Made by a program: the position numbers and the translations under genes. From the NCBI RefSeq assembly GCF_001194135.2, contig NC_068984.1:19131109-19195108 (forward strand): 64,000 nt of DNA, given 5' to 3'. Of this stretch, positions 53,587 to 64,000 are shown piece by piece (position 1 is the stretch's first letter; each line of letters starts with the position of its first letter). The DNA comes from Octopus bimaculoides. Taxonomy: Eukaryota. The notes below the pieces were generated by a model. That model saw nothing but the letters and a program-made list of their open reading frames with translations. It was not told the DNA's origin and made no database searches.

Positions 53587-53859
53587 ATCAAGTCTTCAGT
53601 CCAAGAATATTTCTTTTCCTCCTCCTACCAATCTCAGAATCCCTAAAAAGCATTGTGGGTTCTACCATTCCTCATATGACAAAGCCATTAAGATATATTA
53701 ATCGAGAGTGGATTGATTAAATAGTGATCTGTCAGATGAGAAGTGGGTAGTTTCTATCCTGTCTATTGTATTATATTGTCTCCATGGCTATAAGGTTGAT
53801 ACTTAAATCTTAATTGGCCTGGTCCACCTCGCTGTAATAAAACACTGGTGTATAGGAAC

Positions 53860-54560
53860 AATTTCTTGTTTCAAGCAGTTGCAGCATCATAACTTATTTG
53901 GTGAGTGATTTTGTAAGATTACTGTAAAAAAAGTCTAATTCTTCCTGTAGGAGAAGCTGCCTGTAATATTCAAGAGAAATGAATCTTTCATCTAGGGCTA
54001 ACGATTAAAAAACTAGAGATAAGTACCAAGTCATATGGATTATTGCTGTCTAGAAAGTAGTAGCCTTTTCAGATGGATATATACCTCTGTAAGATGGGTA
54101 TTGGAAGAGTTAAATCTTTTGTCCAGTGATACAACATAATGCCAATATTTTGAATATGGCAGCATCATCTGGGGACTACACTACATCAAGAACCAGATTC
54201 TTGTATAAATTACACAAGAGAAAGCTATTGATCTAGTGTAGCTTTACACAACTGGTTGCATGAAGCACTTGATTTGCCTTCAAAGCTTGACAGATAAAGA
54301 AAAGAAATATGATATATGCTTATAAAATATTGATGTAGAAAACTAAACCGCTTAGAACAATATCTCAGGATTCAGTCAGCTGTCAATGAAAAGTCATTCA
54401 TACAAATTAAATGTTATTTAAGATGCGATAGTTGAAGATAGTTTGGTGGCAAACCTTCTTAAATGGCATCAATGTAAATTGGAATCAATTACCAAGGGAG
54501 GTTGTTGAGTCAAAGACTATCTAGCAATTTAAGAACAGAATTCATAAATATTGGAAGAAC
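53860..54560 (+). mobile_element. CR1-type LINE remnant
   Basis: FEYGSIIWGLHYIKNQIL and WNQLPREVVESKTI*QFKNRIHKYW. Confidence 0.72.
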
Positions 54561-56721
54561 CTTAGATGCTTTTCTAATGTATAAGAAGGGAAGATTATGA
54601 AAACATTGACTTTTACAAGTTGGTCTATCAGCCATAATAACTGCAAATTCAAGTGGAAAAGTAGTAAGAATCCATGAGGATTTGGATGGAAGCCCATCAT
54701 TTTATTCACCTGATTTGAGAATTTCTTCAGCTTTGACTTGTCAGAAGGAGAACAAAGACGAATAAATAAAAATTGCAAAGTAAACCCTTTTGTTACTTCC
54801 ATGTGATGCTTATTATAGCCAATGGTTTCTTATTCAGAAACTGAATTCAGGAAATTATAAAGTGGCATAAAACAACACAGAAATCAGTTAGTTCTAATAT
54901 ATGTATGTGTGTGTGTGTGTGTGTATGTGTGTGCTTGTGTATATATATTTGACTCCATTGCTATCTGTATCTGGTATACATGTATGTGTATGTCATCATG
55001 ACCAACAATACTTTAACATCTATTTTTCCATCTTTGTATAGGTTAGAAGGGTCAGTTGTACAACTTACTGCCAATTGCATCAGAAATTGTAATCTTTCAA
55101 TTAACTTGAGGTTAAATGCTCTCGTTAATAAATATGTTGATTATTTAATGATTTGGATTTAATGGATATTCAGAGTGGCAGTAGCAAATGGACATAAAAA
55201 ATATGGGTGCACTCAAATGCATATATGCACAGATACAAAAATGTTCTCTCCATCATGGGGCATTTGCTTTTGCTTTGCAAGCAGCAAAGTGACCCAACAG
55301 TGCTGGTGCCACAGAAAGCATTTATTACACTCTGTAAGTAATTGATTCAAGCAGTAACAACACAAGGCTTGAGAGAGTTCTTTAGTCTTACTGATGGCAA
55401 GGAAACCTCTGTAGTGCAGGTGCAATGAAATGTATACAGTACTCTCATAAAGGCGTTGGTGTCAAAAGGGCCTACTGCAAGCCATTTAGCATATAGTCAC
55501 AGTAGGTAATGTGACCTGCAGCAAGCCTTGTTCAGTATGCAGCATTGATAAGTCAAAACAATGAGGAAACATTCATGTTTGTCAGTCTGAGAAAAGACCT
55601 GATGTGAGTTGTCTTGATGGACTGTGACTTACTTTCAGGTGTTTTTCAGGTGCAAAGAAAATATATTCTCTTACACTTAAAAACAGCAGCCAACCCACAA
55701 ACTAACACCACACATACCTTGTGTGTGTTAGCTGCTTCTAATTCATATTTGAATACATATATATATATATATTTACATGATGTTAAATGTATGTACAGTC
55801 ATAGAGTGACTACGGTTTCCCATCCATAAAACGCTTAGCAACATATTTGTGTTTATATATATATATATNNNNNNNNNNNNNNNNNNNNNNNNNNNNNNNN
55901 NNNNNNNNNNNNNNNNNNNNNNNNNNNNNNNNNNNNNNNNNNNNNNNNGAACTCAGAGTCAGAAGTCTGAGTTTTAGTATGTTTAATCCATAACTGTGGG
56001 TCCAGCAAAATATAATTTGTTGGATTAAACAACGGTTCTGGATTAAATGTCTATGAAAATTAAATTTTTGTCATTTGATTTAGGGGACTGGAATCTCAGC
56101 TGCAATCTTTTCTCTTTATTTTGTGAAAAATTTGTTTTTACCCAATGACGCCTAACCGCACTTAAAGGAAGGCCAAGATGGAGTTAGCAGGTATTATTAT
56201 CAAGAATGCAGAACTAGCAAATCCAAACACCCAGCCTTTGATGGTACAACAGTGCTAATAGGAATTCTAAAAAAAAAAAGAAAATTTTGTGTGTGCATGC
56301 ATGCAGACGTGTTTGCGTTAATACTTTTGCATTGCCAAAGATCTGGTCTTTGAATTTGCTTGTAATACATTCAGGCAATAAAGAATTTTAATTTCCTTCA
56401 GGATTTCCTTTGACTGTAGTTAGGTTTCAGAGGTTCTATGTTGGAATATTGAAGAATTCTTTGTAAATGTGCCGTGTCAACTATTTCATCCAAACAATAA
56501 AAATGTATGTGTGTTTCTATATGGCTGTTTCTGTCTATGCATGCATGAGTGTGTATGCATGTATGTACTTTTCAGTATGTGTGTGTGACTGTGTATACAC
56601 ACATACACATTTGTACATACAGACATGCATTATATAAGAAGCCATCTATTTCCTTAGTCCTAGTAAATTTACAGCCCCAACTGAACTGCTCAGATATTAA
56701 ATGTAGCATTTAATATATATA

Positions 56722-56916
56722 AATCTTTATCTTTTATCTTTTACTTGTTTCAGCGAATAGCCTGCAGCCATGCTGGGGCATCACCTTGAAGAATTTTAGG
56801 CAAAAGAATCAACCCTAGTACTTACTTTTTAAAGCCTGGGACCTATTCTGTCGGACACTTTTGCCAAACTTCTAACCAGCATCGGTTATCAAGTGGTGGT
56901 GGAGGACAAACACACG

Positions 56917-56958
<42 letters not shown>

Positions 56959-57120
56959 NNNNNNNNNNTGTGATGAGCTTCTTTCAGTTTCTGTCTACCA
57001 AATCACTCACAAGGATTTGGTCAGCTTGAGCCTATAGTAGAACACTTGCCCAAAGTGTCATGCAGTGGGACTCCCAGAACTATATGGTTGGGAAGCAAGT
57101 TTCTTACCACACAGCCACAC
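56722..57120 (-). mobile_element. Copy of the CORE-type SINE family
   Basis: Same blocks as 45127-45530 (ttttacttgtttcag...gccatgctgg...cttctttcagtttctgtctaccaaatc...cttaccacacagccac). Confidence 0.8.
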
Positions 57121-57849
57121 TTGTATGTATGTATATATATATATATATATATATATACATACTCATACACACATACACATATATGTAGGTGTGTACATGT
57201 GTGTGTGAGCCCACTGTATCATTGTTATTACAGCAATTATTATTTGGGCAATAGATTGGCTTAATCACTAGCAAATTTCAAAACATACTTTGTAGTATGT
57301 CTTTCAGCTCTTTACATTCTAAGTTGAAATCCTGCTGAAGTCAACTTTGCCTTTCACCTTATTGTTTCAATATAGTACCAGTTAAATACTGGGGTTGATT
57401 ATTCAATTAACCCTTCAAAATTGCTGCCCTTGTGCCTAAATTATAGGCTAATGGCATGAGGGAAAATGTCTTGCAACATTTGTTTCAACTCTTCAGATTC
57501 TGTGTTGAAATCCTATTGAAAACAACTTTGTCTTTCATCCCTTCAAAGTCAATAATATCAAGTAACAATAAAGTACTGGATATAATGTTATCAACTAACA
57601 CATCATCATTTAACAGCTCTCATCCATGGGTTGGATGGTTTGACAGAGTTGACAACCCTGTGGATTGCACCAAACTCCTTACACCAAACTCCAATGTTTA
57701 TTTTGGCATGGTCTTAATGCCAACCACTTCACAGGCCAATAAAATAAATACCAGCTGTATATTGGGGATCAATGTAATTGACTTACTCTCTTCCTTCAAA
57801 ATTTCTGACCTTGTGTCAAAATCAGAAAGAATTATTATTATTACTATTA

Positions 57850-58020
57850 TGCAATGAGAAGAGCGCAATACAATTTATAATAAATAGAGATGGATTCTGT
57901 TTATTGAATATTTTGACAGCATATCTGTTTTCCTTGAGTTCAAAATGAAAAATGAACCTGAGGAGGACAGACATACTGTTGAAATATTGTTCAATGCAAT
58001 AAACACAGCCAACCTCTATT
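57850..58020 (+). mobile_element. Penelope-like element 3' end / pseudo-LTR fragment
   Basis: INRDGFCLLNI resembles the tail after the GIY-YIG domain. It is followed by a hammerhead motif and AATAAA. Related sequence lies at ~10880-11350. Confidence 0.55.
57953..57993 (+). ncRNA. Minimal type I hammerhead ribozyme motif (PLE-type)
   Basis: Stem I UGAAC/GUUCA, core CUGAGGA, extra G, stem II GACAG-ACAUA-CUGUU, GAA, palindromic minimal stem III AUAU, cleavage triplet AUU. Confidence 0.65.
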
Positions 58021-58138
58021 TATTATAACAACCTCTATTTATTATGCATCATATAACACTCTTCTTATTGTGTATTTACTTTCATGGAGAGTTATGTCAG
58101 TCTTCAAATAATCCTTCTCTTCCTCATCATCATCATCA

Positions 58139-58194
<56 letters not shown>

Positions 58195-58217
58195 TTTTAT
58201 TTTTTAAAATTTTTATT

Positions 58218-58445
58218 AAGGCGGCAATCTGGCAGAATCATTAGCACGTTGGGCGAAATGCTTAGCAGTATTTCGTCTGCCATTAGGTTTTGAGTTCAAA
58301 TTCCGCTGAGGTTGACCTTGCCTTTCATCCTTTTGGGGTCAATAAAATTAGTAACAGTTACATACTGGGGTTGATGTAATCGACTTAATCCCTCCCCTCC
58401 AAATTTGAGGCCTTGTGCTTCCAGTAGAAAGGATTATTATTATTA
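58218..58445 (+). mobile_element. tRNA-derived SINE with (TTA)n tail (third family)
   Basis: Head aaggcggcaatctggcagaatc...gagttcaaattcc, body gcctttcatccttttggggtc...actggggttgatgtaatcgac, tail gaaaggattattattatt, inserted in an (ATT)n tract. Confidence 0.82.
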
Positions 58446-58835
58446 TCATCTTCAACAGTGTTGTGTTACTGAAGACTGGGTTTCAGGATTTGCTTAAGAA
58501 ACATTCTCTCAATATGCCTTTCCTTTAATTGTAATTATTAGCAACAGAAACAGTATTAATACCGAGTGGTAATATCTATCCTCACTTAAACATGGATGTT
58601 CTATTAGAACAAACTATACTGCAGTAGTTACCATGAGAGAAACCCTCATATTGGTTTTTGGTGCAAATTGCACTCTTATTGATATGACTAGCAGGAAGAT
58701 AAATCCCTGTCACATCCAGCACTGAAACAACCAGATCATGTGAGTTGGACCTTCTTTGGTCTTGTCAACTATGGTTAGGTATCATAGGATGAGATCACTT
58801 TTACATACAAGCAGCATCAGCTGTCTCTACTGTGT

Positions 58836-58881
<46 letters not shown>

Positions 58882-59414
58882 AACATGCACATATGATGAG
58901 TGTGTGTATGTAAATGTGTGTGTGTGCATTGATGACAAATTGATTCATTCCCACAATACTTAAAGCTTCATGGGTGTGGAAAGTAGCTACGTCCTCATAT
59001 ATACAGAGTCAGAGTGAAGAAAACTAAATAGAAATATTAAAATAGCTTCTAGGTGAGAATATTTGGTCTTCTGTAGTTTAATTCAGGTCACATGATTAAT
59101 TTGGCTGAACAACATAGAAAACACTGCAAACACAAAATGCACAAAGTGTGATCTTTCAAAAAGCTTAGGAGCACCAGTAGCTTCAAAGAAGATTTGATTC
59201 AAATCACAGTGATTCATCCAACCCATGCTGGCACAGAAAGTGGAAGTAAAATGTAGATAGTAAGACCTTGTAAAAGAGCTACTGGGTTCTGTACTTCATC
59301 CTCTGATTACATCATAGAAAAGATGTATAAAGCAATTTATGAATGAATGTGTGCATGTGAGTGTTATATGTACACAGACACACACACACACACACACACA
59401 CATGCATATATATA

Positions 59415-59473
<59 letters not shown>

Positions 59474-60211
59474 AAATTTACATATACATTTGCACAAAGG
59501 CTAAAAATATTATTTACTAATACAAAACAATGAATTGTAAAGAAGGTTAACAAAAATTATTTTAAAAGAAATATATAGAAAAGTTATTTCCAATCCTTAT
59601 TTCTAATGTTTCAAGTGCATAAAGTTTAAGAGTAAGACATGATTTAAATATCAGATAACAATGTTATTGAAAGAAGTGCAATTTAGAATTGAAAAAAACA
59701 AAACAAAACATAAAAATGTAAAGTAGATAATGAAATATTTTTCTTGATCCATAGATTCTGTTCTAAATTAGAAAGTTTTATAAAAAAAAAAACCCCAAAA
59801 AAAACCCCCCAAAACACTCTAGTAACTAAATGGGGAAAATATTCCGTTATTCAAGGAAACATGTTCTTACAAATTTATTTTTGAAAAAAGATATAATTCT
59901 AAAGAAATATCTTCAACTAATCACGAAAGAGAAAATATCACTTAGTTCCGTTGCAGAATTTCTTGTATGCCCACCCATCTTCCACCATCACTTTCACATT
60001 TAAAAAAAAAATTTATAATGTTTTGTTCTGCAATCTATTTTATTCTTTCAAAGATCTTGTCATAGGCAGCTGTCTTAAGAGGACTCTGACTGTAATTGAA
60101 AATTTCTATCAGAAAGCAACTTTATTTTGTTAGACGTTGGTAAGTTTGGAATTAAAATAACTTCTATAGAATTATTTCACATAGCGACTGCACCTATGTT
60201 TCATTTAACTT

Positions 60212-60528
60212 GGCCGTTGCCAGTACCGCCTGACTGGCCTTGTAGGGTTTTTGAGCGAGATCGTTGCCAGTGCCCCTGGACTGGCTCTTGTGCGGGTGGC
60301 ACATAAAAGACACCATTTCGAGCGTGGCCGTTTTCGTGCGGGTGACACGTAAAAGCACCCACTACACTCTCTGAGTGGTTGGCGTTAGGAAGGGCATCCA
60401 GCTGAAGAAACTCTGCCAAATTGGATTGGAGCCTGGTGCTGCCATCCGGTTTCACCAGTCCTCAGTCAAATCGTCCAACCCATGCTAGCATGGAAAGCGG
60501 ACTTTAAACGATGATGATGATGATGATG
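60212..60528 (+). mobile_element. Young (GAT)n-tailed retroposon copy, in a SYNE1-like intron
   Basis: Differs from 28391-28700 at roughly a dozen positions over ~300 nt (by eye). Confidence 0.9.
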
Positions 60529-60671
60529 AAATATTCTAATATATGCTGAGCAATTTTATTGCTTTTTTCATTTAAGTTTATAAAGATGTATATATGTATG
60601 TATTTGTATATAAAAGAACAGGACCCTAATTACACAAAAATTAATTATTTCATCTCATATTTCTTTAATGC

Positions 60672-61428
60672 TAACCCTCCTGATACTGTCCCTGTTTTTA
60701 TGATACAAAATTCTTGTTTTAAAGTGATCTGAATTAAATCCTTGCACCAGAATTTAATATTAATTTGTTTCAAACTTGAGCTTAATAATGAGAAAGTTAT
60801 TTTACTAAATTCTCCATTATTTTCAAAATTAATTGAAACAAAATGATTAATGGAACTGTAAAATATTATGAAAGAATCTTGACATTGAAAATGTTAGTTT
60901 TCAAAAGATACTTAAACTCCCCTTACTGGTATACATGGCAGTAGATTCAAAATCATTACAGTGAGAATGAGTTTTGGAAATAACTCTGAATTTATTATTA
61001 TGTAACAAGAAGTAGTTAGATTTTAACAAAAAGATATCTTGTATGAAAATAGAATAGATATTTGGTTTTAAGACAGATATCTTTAAGATAACTACATGTC
61101 TGTATTCAAACAGTACAAGATTTGGTTAAAATTTAATAAACAACTTTGGTCAAAACAAGCTGAGAATTTGTTTTTGATACTCTGCTCTATAAAGTAGGCT
61201 GCTTACCCTCTTATCATATTTCTGTTGAAATACACTGCTTTTCTTTTACCTTAGTTTAAAATTGATGAAAAATCTAACAAAATAACTTTGTCTTTACGAA
61301 CCAGGTATTTGGAATAAAAATTACTATGACATTTTTGTTGGAAGGTTTTAATTTAGATCACTTTAAAATAGAAAGTTTGTACCATAGAATCAGGAGAGAT
61401 TCCAGGTGGGATGGTTTCAAAAGAGTTT
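60672..61428. mobile_element. MITE-like composite with ~160-bp imperfect inverted arms
   Basis: tatgatacaaaattcttgttttaaagtgatctgaattaaatccttg... (60699 onward) is the reverse complement of ...gaaggttttaatttagatcactttaaaatagaaagtttgtaccata (to ~61386). Ends resemble taaccc...gggttaa. Confidence 0.65.
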
Positions 61429-62163
61429 TCTATGTATGGCCTATTTTTGAGATCAGGTTTTAGAAAAATCAGTGAGTTCTTACTGTTAAGCATAGCCTTT
61501 TTGTTTTGTTTTTCGCTACTTTGCAATTTATTTGATTTAATCAAATGGAATTAAATAGCTTCTTTAAGATCATTCTGCATAGTCACTACACCTATGTTTC
61601 ATTCAATGTGCTTAAATGTTCCAATACTATTTTTTGTTCTAAGAACTTTTATATGTTTTTATTTTTCATTCAGGTTTATATAAAGATATGTGACAAAAAC
61701 AGGATTCTAATAACACAAAAACTACTTATTTCAACTTTTATTTTCCCTTATACTACAAATTCATTCACTTTTATAATGCAGATGATTTTAAGATCTGTGC
61801 TCAAACTGCATAAACTTTGGGTACAATTCATGAGACATTTTTGGTTAACACAAGCTAAGAAAATTTTTTATATCTTAACAGTTTAGAATAGACATTTTTA
61901 TGTCATTTGAGGAAGTTATAACATATAAATGTCATATTTTAGAGACCAAGTCTTGCATTTTGGTGTGCTCTTTCAGGCTGTCACAGTGTTTTTCTTTTTG
62001 TTTTTGTTGTATGTTATTACATTTGATTTAACCATTTGTTGCAGAGCATGTTTTACACAAATGCTGTAACCCATTTGAGTTCCATGTCGCTAGCTGAAAA
62101 GAAGTTCAGTGTGCAGATGGCATAATTCTATTGTTTAATCATTATTGAAGCTCTGGCTATCAT

Positions 62164-62207
<44 letters not shown>

Positions 62208-62870
62208 NNNNNNNNNNNNNNNNNNNTTCTTTTTTTGGGGGGTGGTTCTTAAATAACAGTGTGTACTAAAACTTAAGGATCATTATATTTAAAAAAAACA
62301 GTTGGAAGATTACAGAAGGTGATTTTTAACTGATACATTGACAATTTGAGATGCCACATGGAGTTCTTTTAACTATAGTGAACACTGTGTGTATGTATGT
62401 GTATGCGTGAGTGTGTGTTGAAGACATATTTCTAACATACTACATAATAACTTATATCTCTTGACAAATAAATAGATAAATATATAAAATATAATATAAC
62501 ATACAATTACGAAATCTTTTTTTTTTGTCTGATTCCAATATTGTAGTACATGATGTTTTTTTTCCAATTTTTTCAATTTCTGTTATTTTTTTTGGGAAAA
62601 ATTTGAATTGCATTCTACTTTCCAATAGACAGTGTCTCATGATAGAAGGATGTCTTGCATTTTGGCAAGCTGTATTTGGTATGCTATTCCAAGAATACAT
62701 TTTAAAAATATATTTTGGTCCCACAGTATAAAGAATAATGCATAAAATTTCACCTGAATTATATTTTATCACATTAAAATAAAAAAAAAAAGATAAATTA
62801 TTTCAAGCAAAAAGAAAAGTAATATAATAACCAAATAAATCAAATTTAAGAAGTATCATATTATGCTTAC

Positions 62871-62933
62871 CTTCCTGATTCTACCAAATGGAGATAAAAT
62901 AGTTCTTTCTCGGCTTTCATTACTTTGATGTCG
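62871..62933 (-). CDS. SYNE1: Internal coding exon of the SYNE1-like gene (63 nt; phase 0 reading RHQSNESRERTILSPFGRIRK)
   Basis: Acceptor catttccttacag| and strong donor AAG|GTAAGC. In phase 0 it joins the 50676-50755 exon as ...SPFGRIRK|FFFGPVSG.... A phase-2 reading (DIKVMKAEKELFYLHLVESG) is also open. Confidence 0.66.
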
Positions 62934-63129
62934 CTGTAAGGAAATGTATAATAGCAAGTAGTATAGAAGCGAATAGTTTAAGAAGTGAGAGAGAAATCAT
63001 AATAACAGTGAGCGACTTGTGATGTTAAGGTGGTCACTGGAAAAATCTTGTTGCTATAGTTGTTCTTTTGTCATGAAGAACATGGAGATAAAAAACCCCC
63101 AGAAAATATAATAAATTTCAAAATATAAC

Positions 63130-63211
63130 ATATATACATATACATACATGTATATACATATACATACATGTATATATATACATACATGTATATATATACA
63201 CATACACATAC

Positions 63212-63291
<80 letters not shown>

Positions 63292-63315
63292 GTATGTGTA
63301 TGTGTATATATATAC

Positions 63316-63346
<31 letters not shown>

Positions 63347-63436
63347 CATTTATATATACATACACATGCATATAGATATAAATACCTTTATATACATATA
63401 AATGCACTTATATACATATACATACATACATACACA

Positions 63437-63494
<58 letters not shown>

Positions 63495-63520
63495 TACCCA
63501 CATATATAAACACTGAATTT
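63130..63520. repeat. Compound (TA)n/(TACA)n microsatellite field
   Basis: Directly visible. Many similar fields elsewhere (1-55, 18030-18370, 36383-36438, 46100-46830, 59380-59470). Confidence 0.95.
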
Positions 63521-64000
63521 TTAGAATTGACTTGTAAACAATATGAAATAAAACATGAAGAATTTCAGCTACAAAGGAAAAATTTGGTTTCAAAATATTA
63601 TAGTCGTAGTAGAAGCAGTAGCAGCAGCAGCAGCTCTTGTTGTTAAATGCCTTTAATCTACTATAAAGCATGCCTTTGGCACACAAGTAGCTGTTCAAAT
63701 ACATAGAATGTAATATGACAAATATAAAATGACTAAATAAAATTATTTATATTGTTTTGTACTGCCCATACGCCAACAATATCTTTATCATTTCAAAAGC
63801 ATATTTTCTTTTTTTTTATATTATTCAGACAAAAGTAGAAAAGCAGCGCCTGTAACCATTTTCAGAATCTCTGAGACAAGTGAGAGGAAGGGAAGTATTG
63901 TATCCTAAGACTGGAGACTTAGCTCAAATGTTTACAACAGAATGGACTCTGCTCGAGGTACTTATAGAGCAGATAATGGCAAACAAGATGATTTAGTCTA

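Noticed and set aside
54710-54736. 27-nt minus-strand exon-like segment (gacaag|TCAAAG...AATCAG|gtgaat)
   Set aside because: Between two phase-0 junctions it is frame-compatible, but the AAG acceptor is weak, it abuts a LINE remnant and nothing else supports it.
63071-63704. IYIY/CVCV/HTHT/poly-H/poly-D ORFs here and throughout the window
   Set aside because: Translations of di- and trinucleotide microsatellites.
63856-63996. 46-codon plus-strand open frame (PFSESLRQVRGREVLYPK...)
   Set aside because: No recognisable homology, antisense to the gene, and an open frame of this length is expected by chance.

Overview
AT-rich, microsatellite-saturated eukaryotic genomic DNA with many N gaps. 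Its repeat content looks like a coleoid cephalopod (Octopus-like); this is an inference. One protein-coding gene is clearly supported: the 3' end of a minus-strand nesprin-1/Msp300-like (SYNE1-like) gene. Its last exon (36697-37309) encodes a Ser/Pro-rich linker, a transmembrane helix and a KASH peptide ending GPPPT*. Two upstream exons with good splice sites and compatible phases (62871-62933, 50676-50755) and one weaker optional exon (40260-40307) join to it across introns of about 3-12 kb. The rest of the window is mostly retroposons and DNA-transposon remnants: several tRNA-derived SINE families, a VNTR-containing (GAT)n-tailed retroposon, R4/Dong-like RLE non-LTR fragments, CR1, RTE, Penelope-like elements, Tc1/mariner and TTAA-flanked MITEs. 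The most interesting leads are (1) a hidden minus-strand, phase-compatible candidate alternative last exon that would give a KASH-less, His/Pro-rich C-terminus, (2) a nearly intact minimal hammerhead ribozyme in a Penelope-like 3' end inside an intron of the gene, (3) loss of the conserved Pro(-11) in the KASH peptide, and (4) a cluster of RLE retrotransposon fragments bounded by (TAA)n. No rRNA, true tRNA gene or CRISPR array is supported. Most ORFs in the supplied track are microsatellite or N-gap artefacts. Exon structures are read from splice signals by eye and have not been checked against transcripts. Boundaries of old repeats are approximate.
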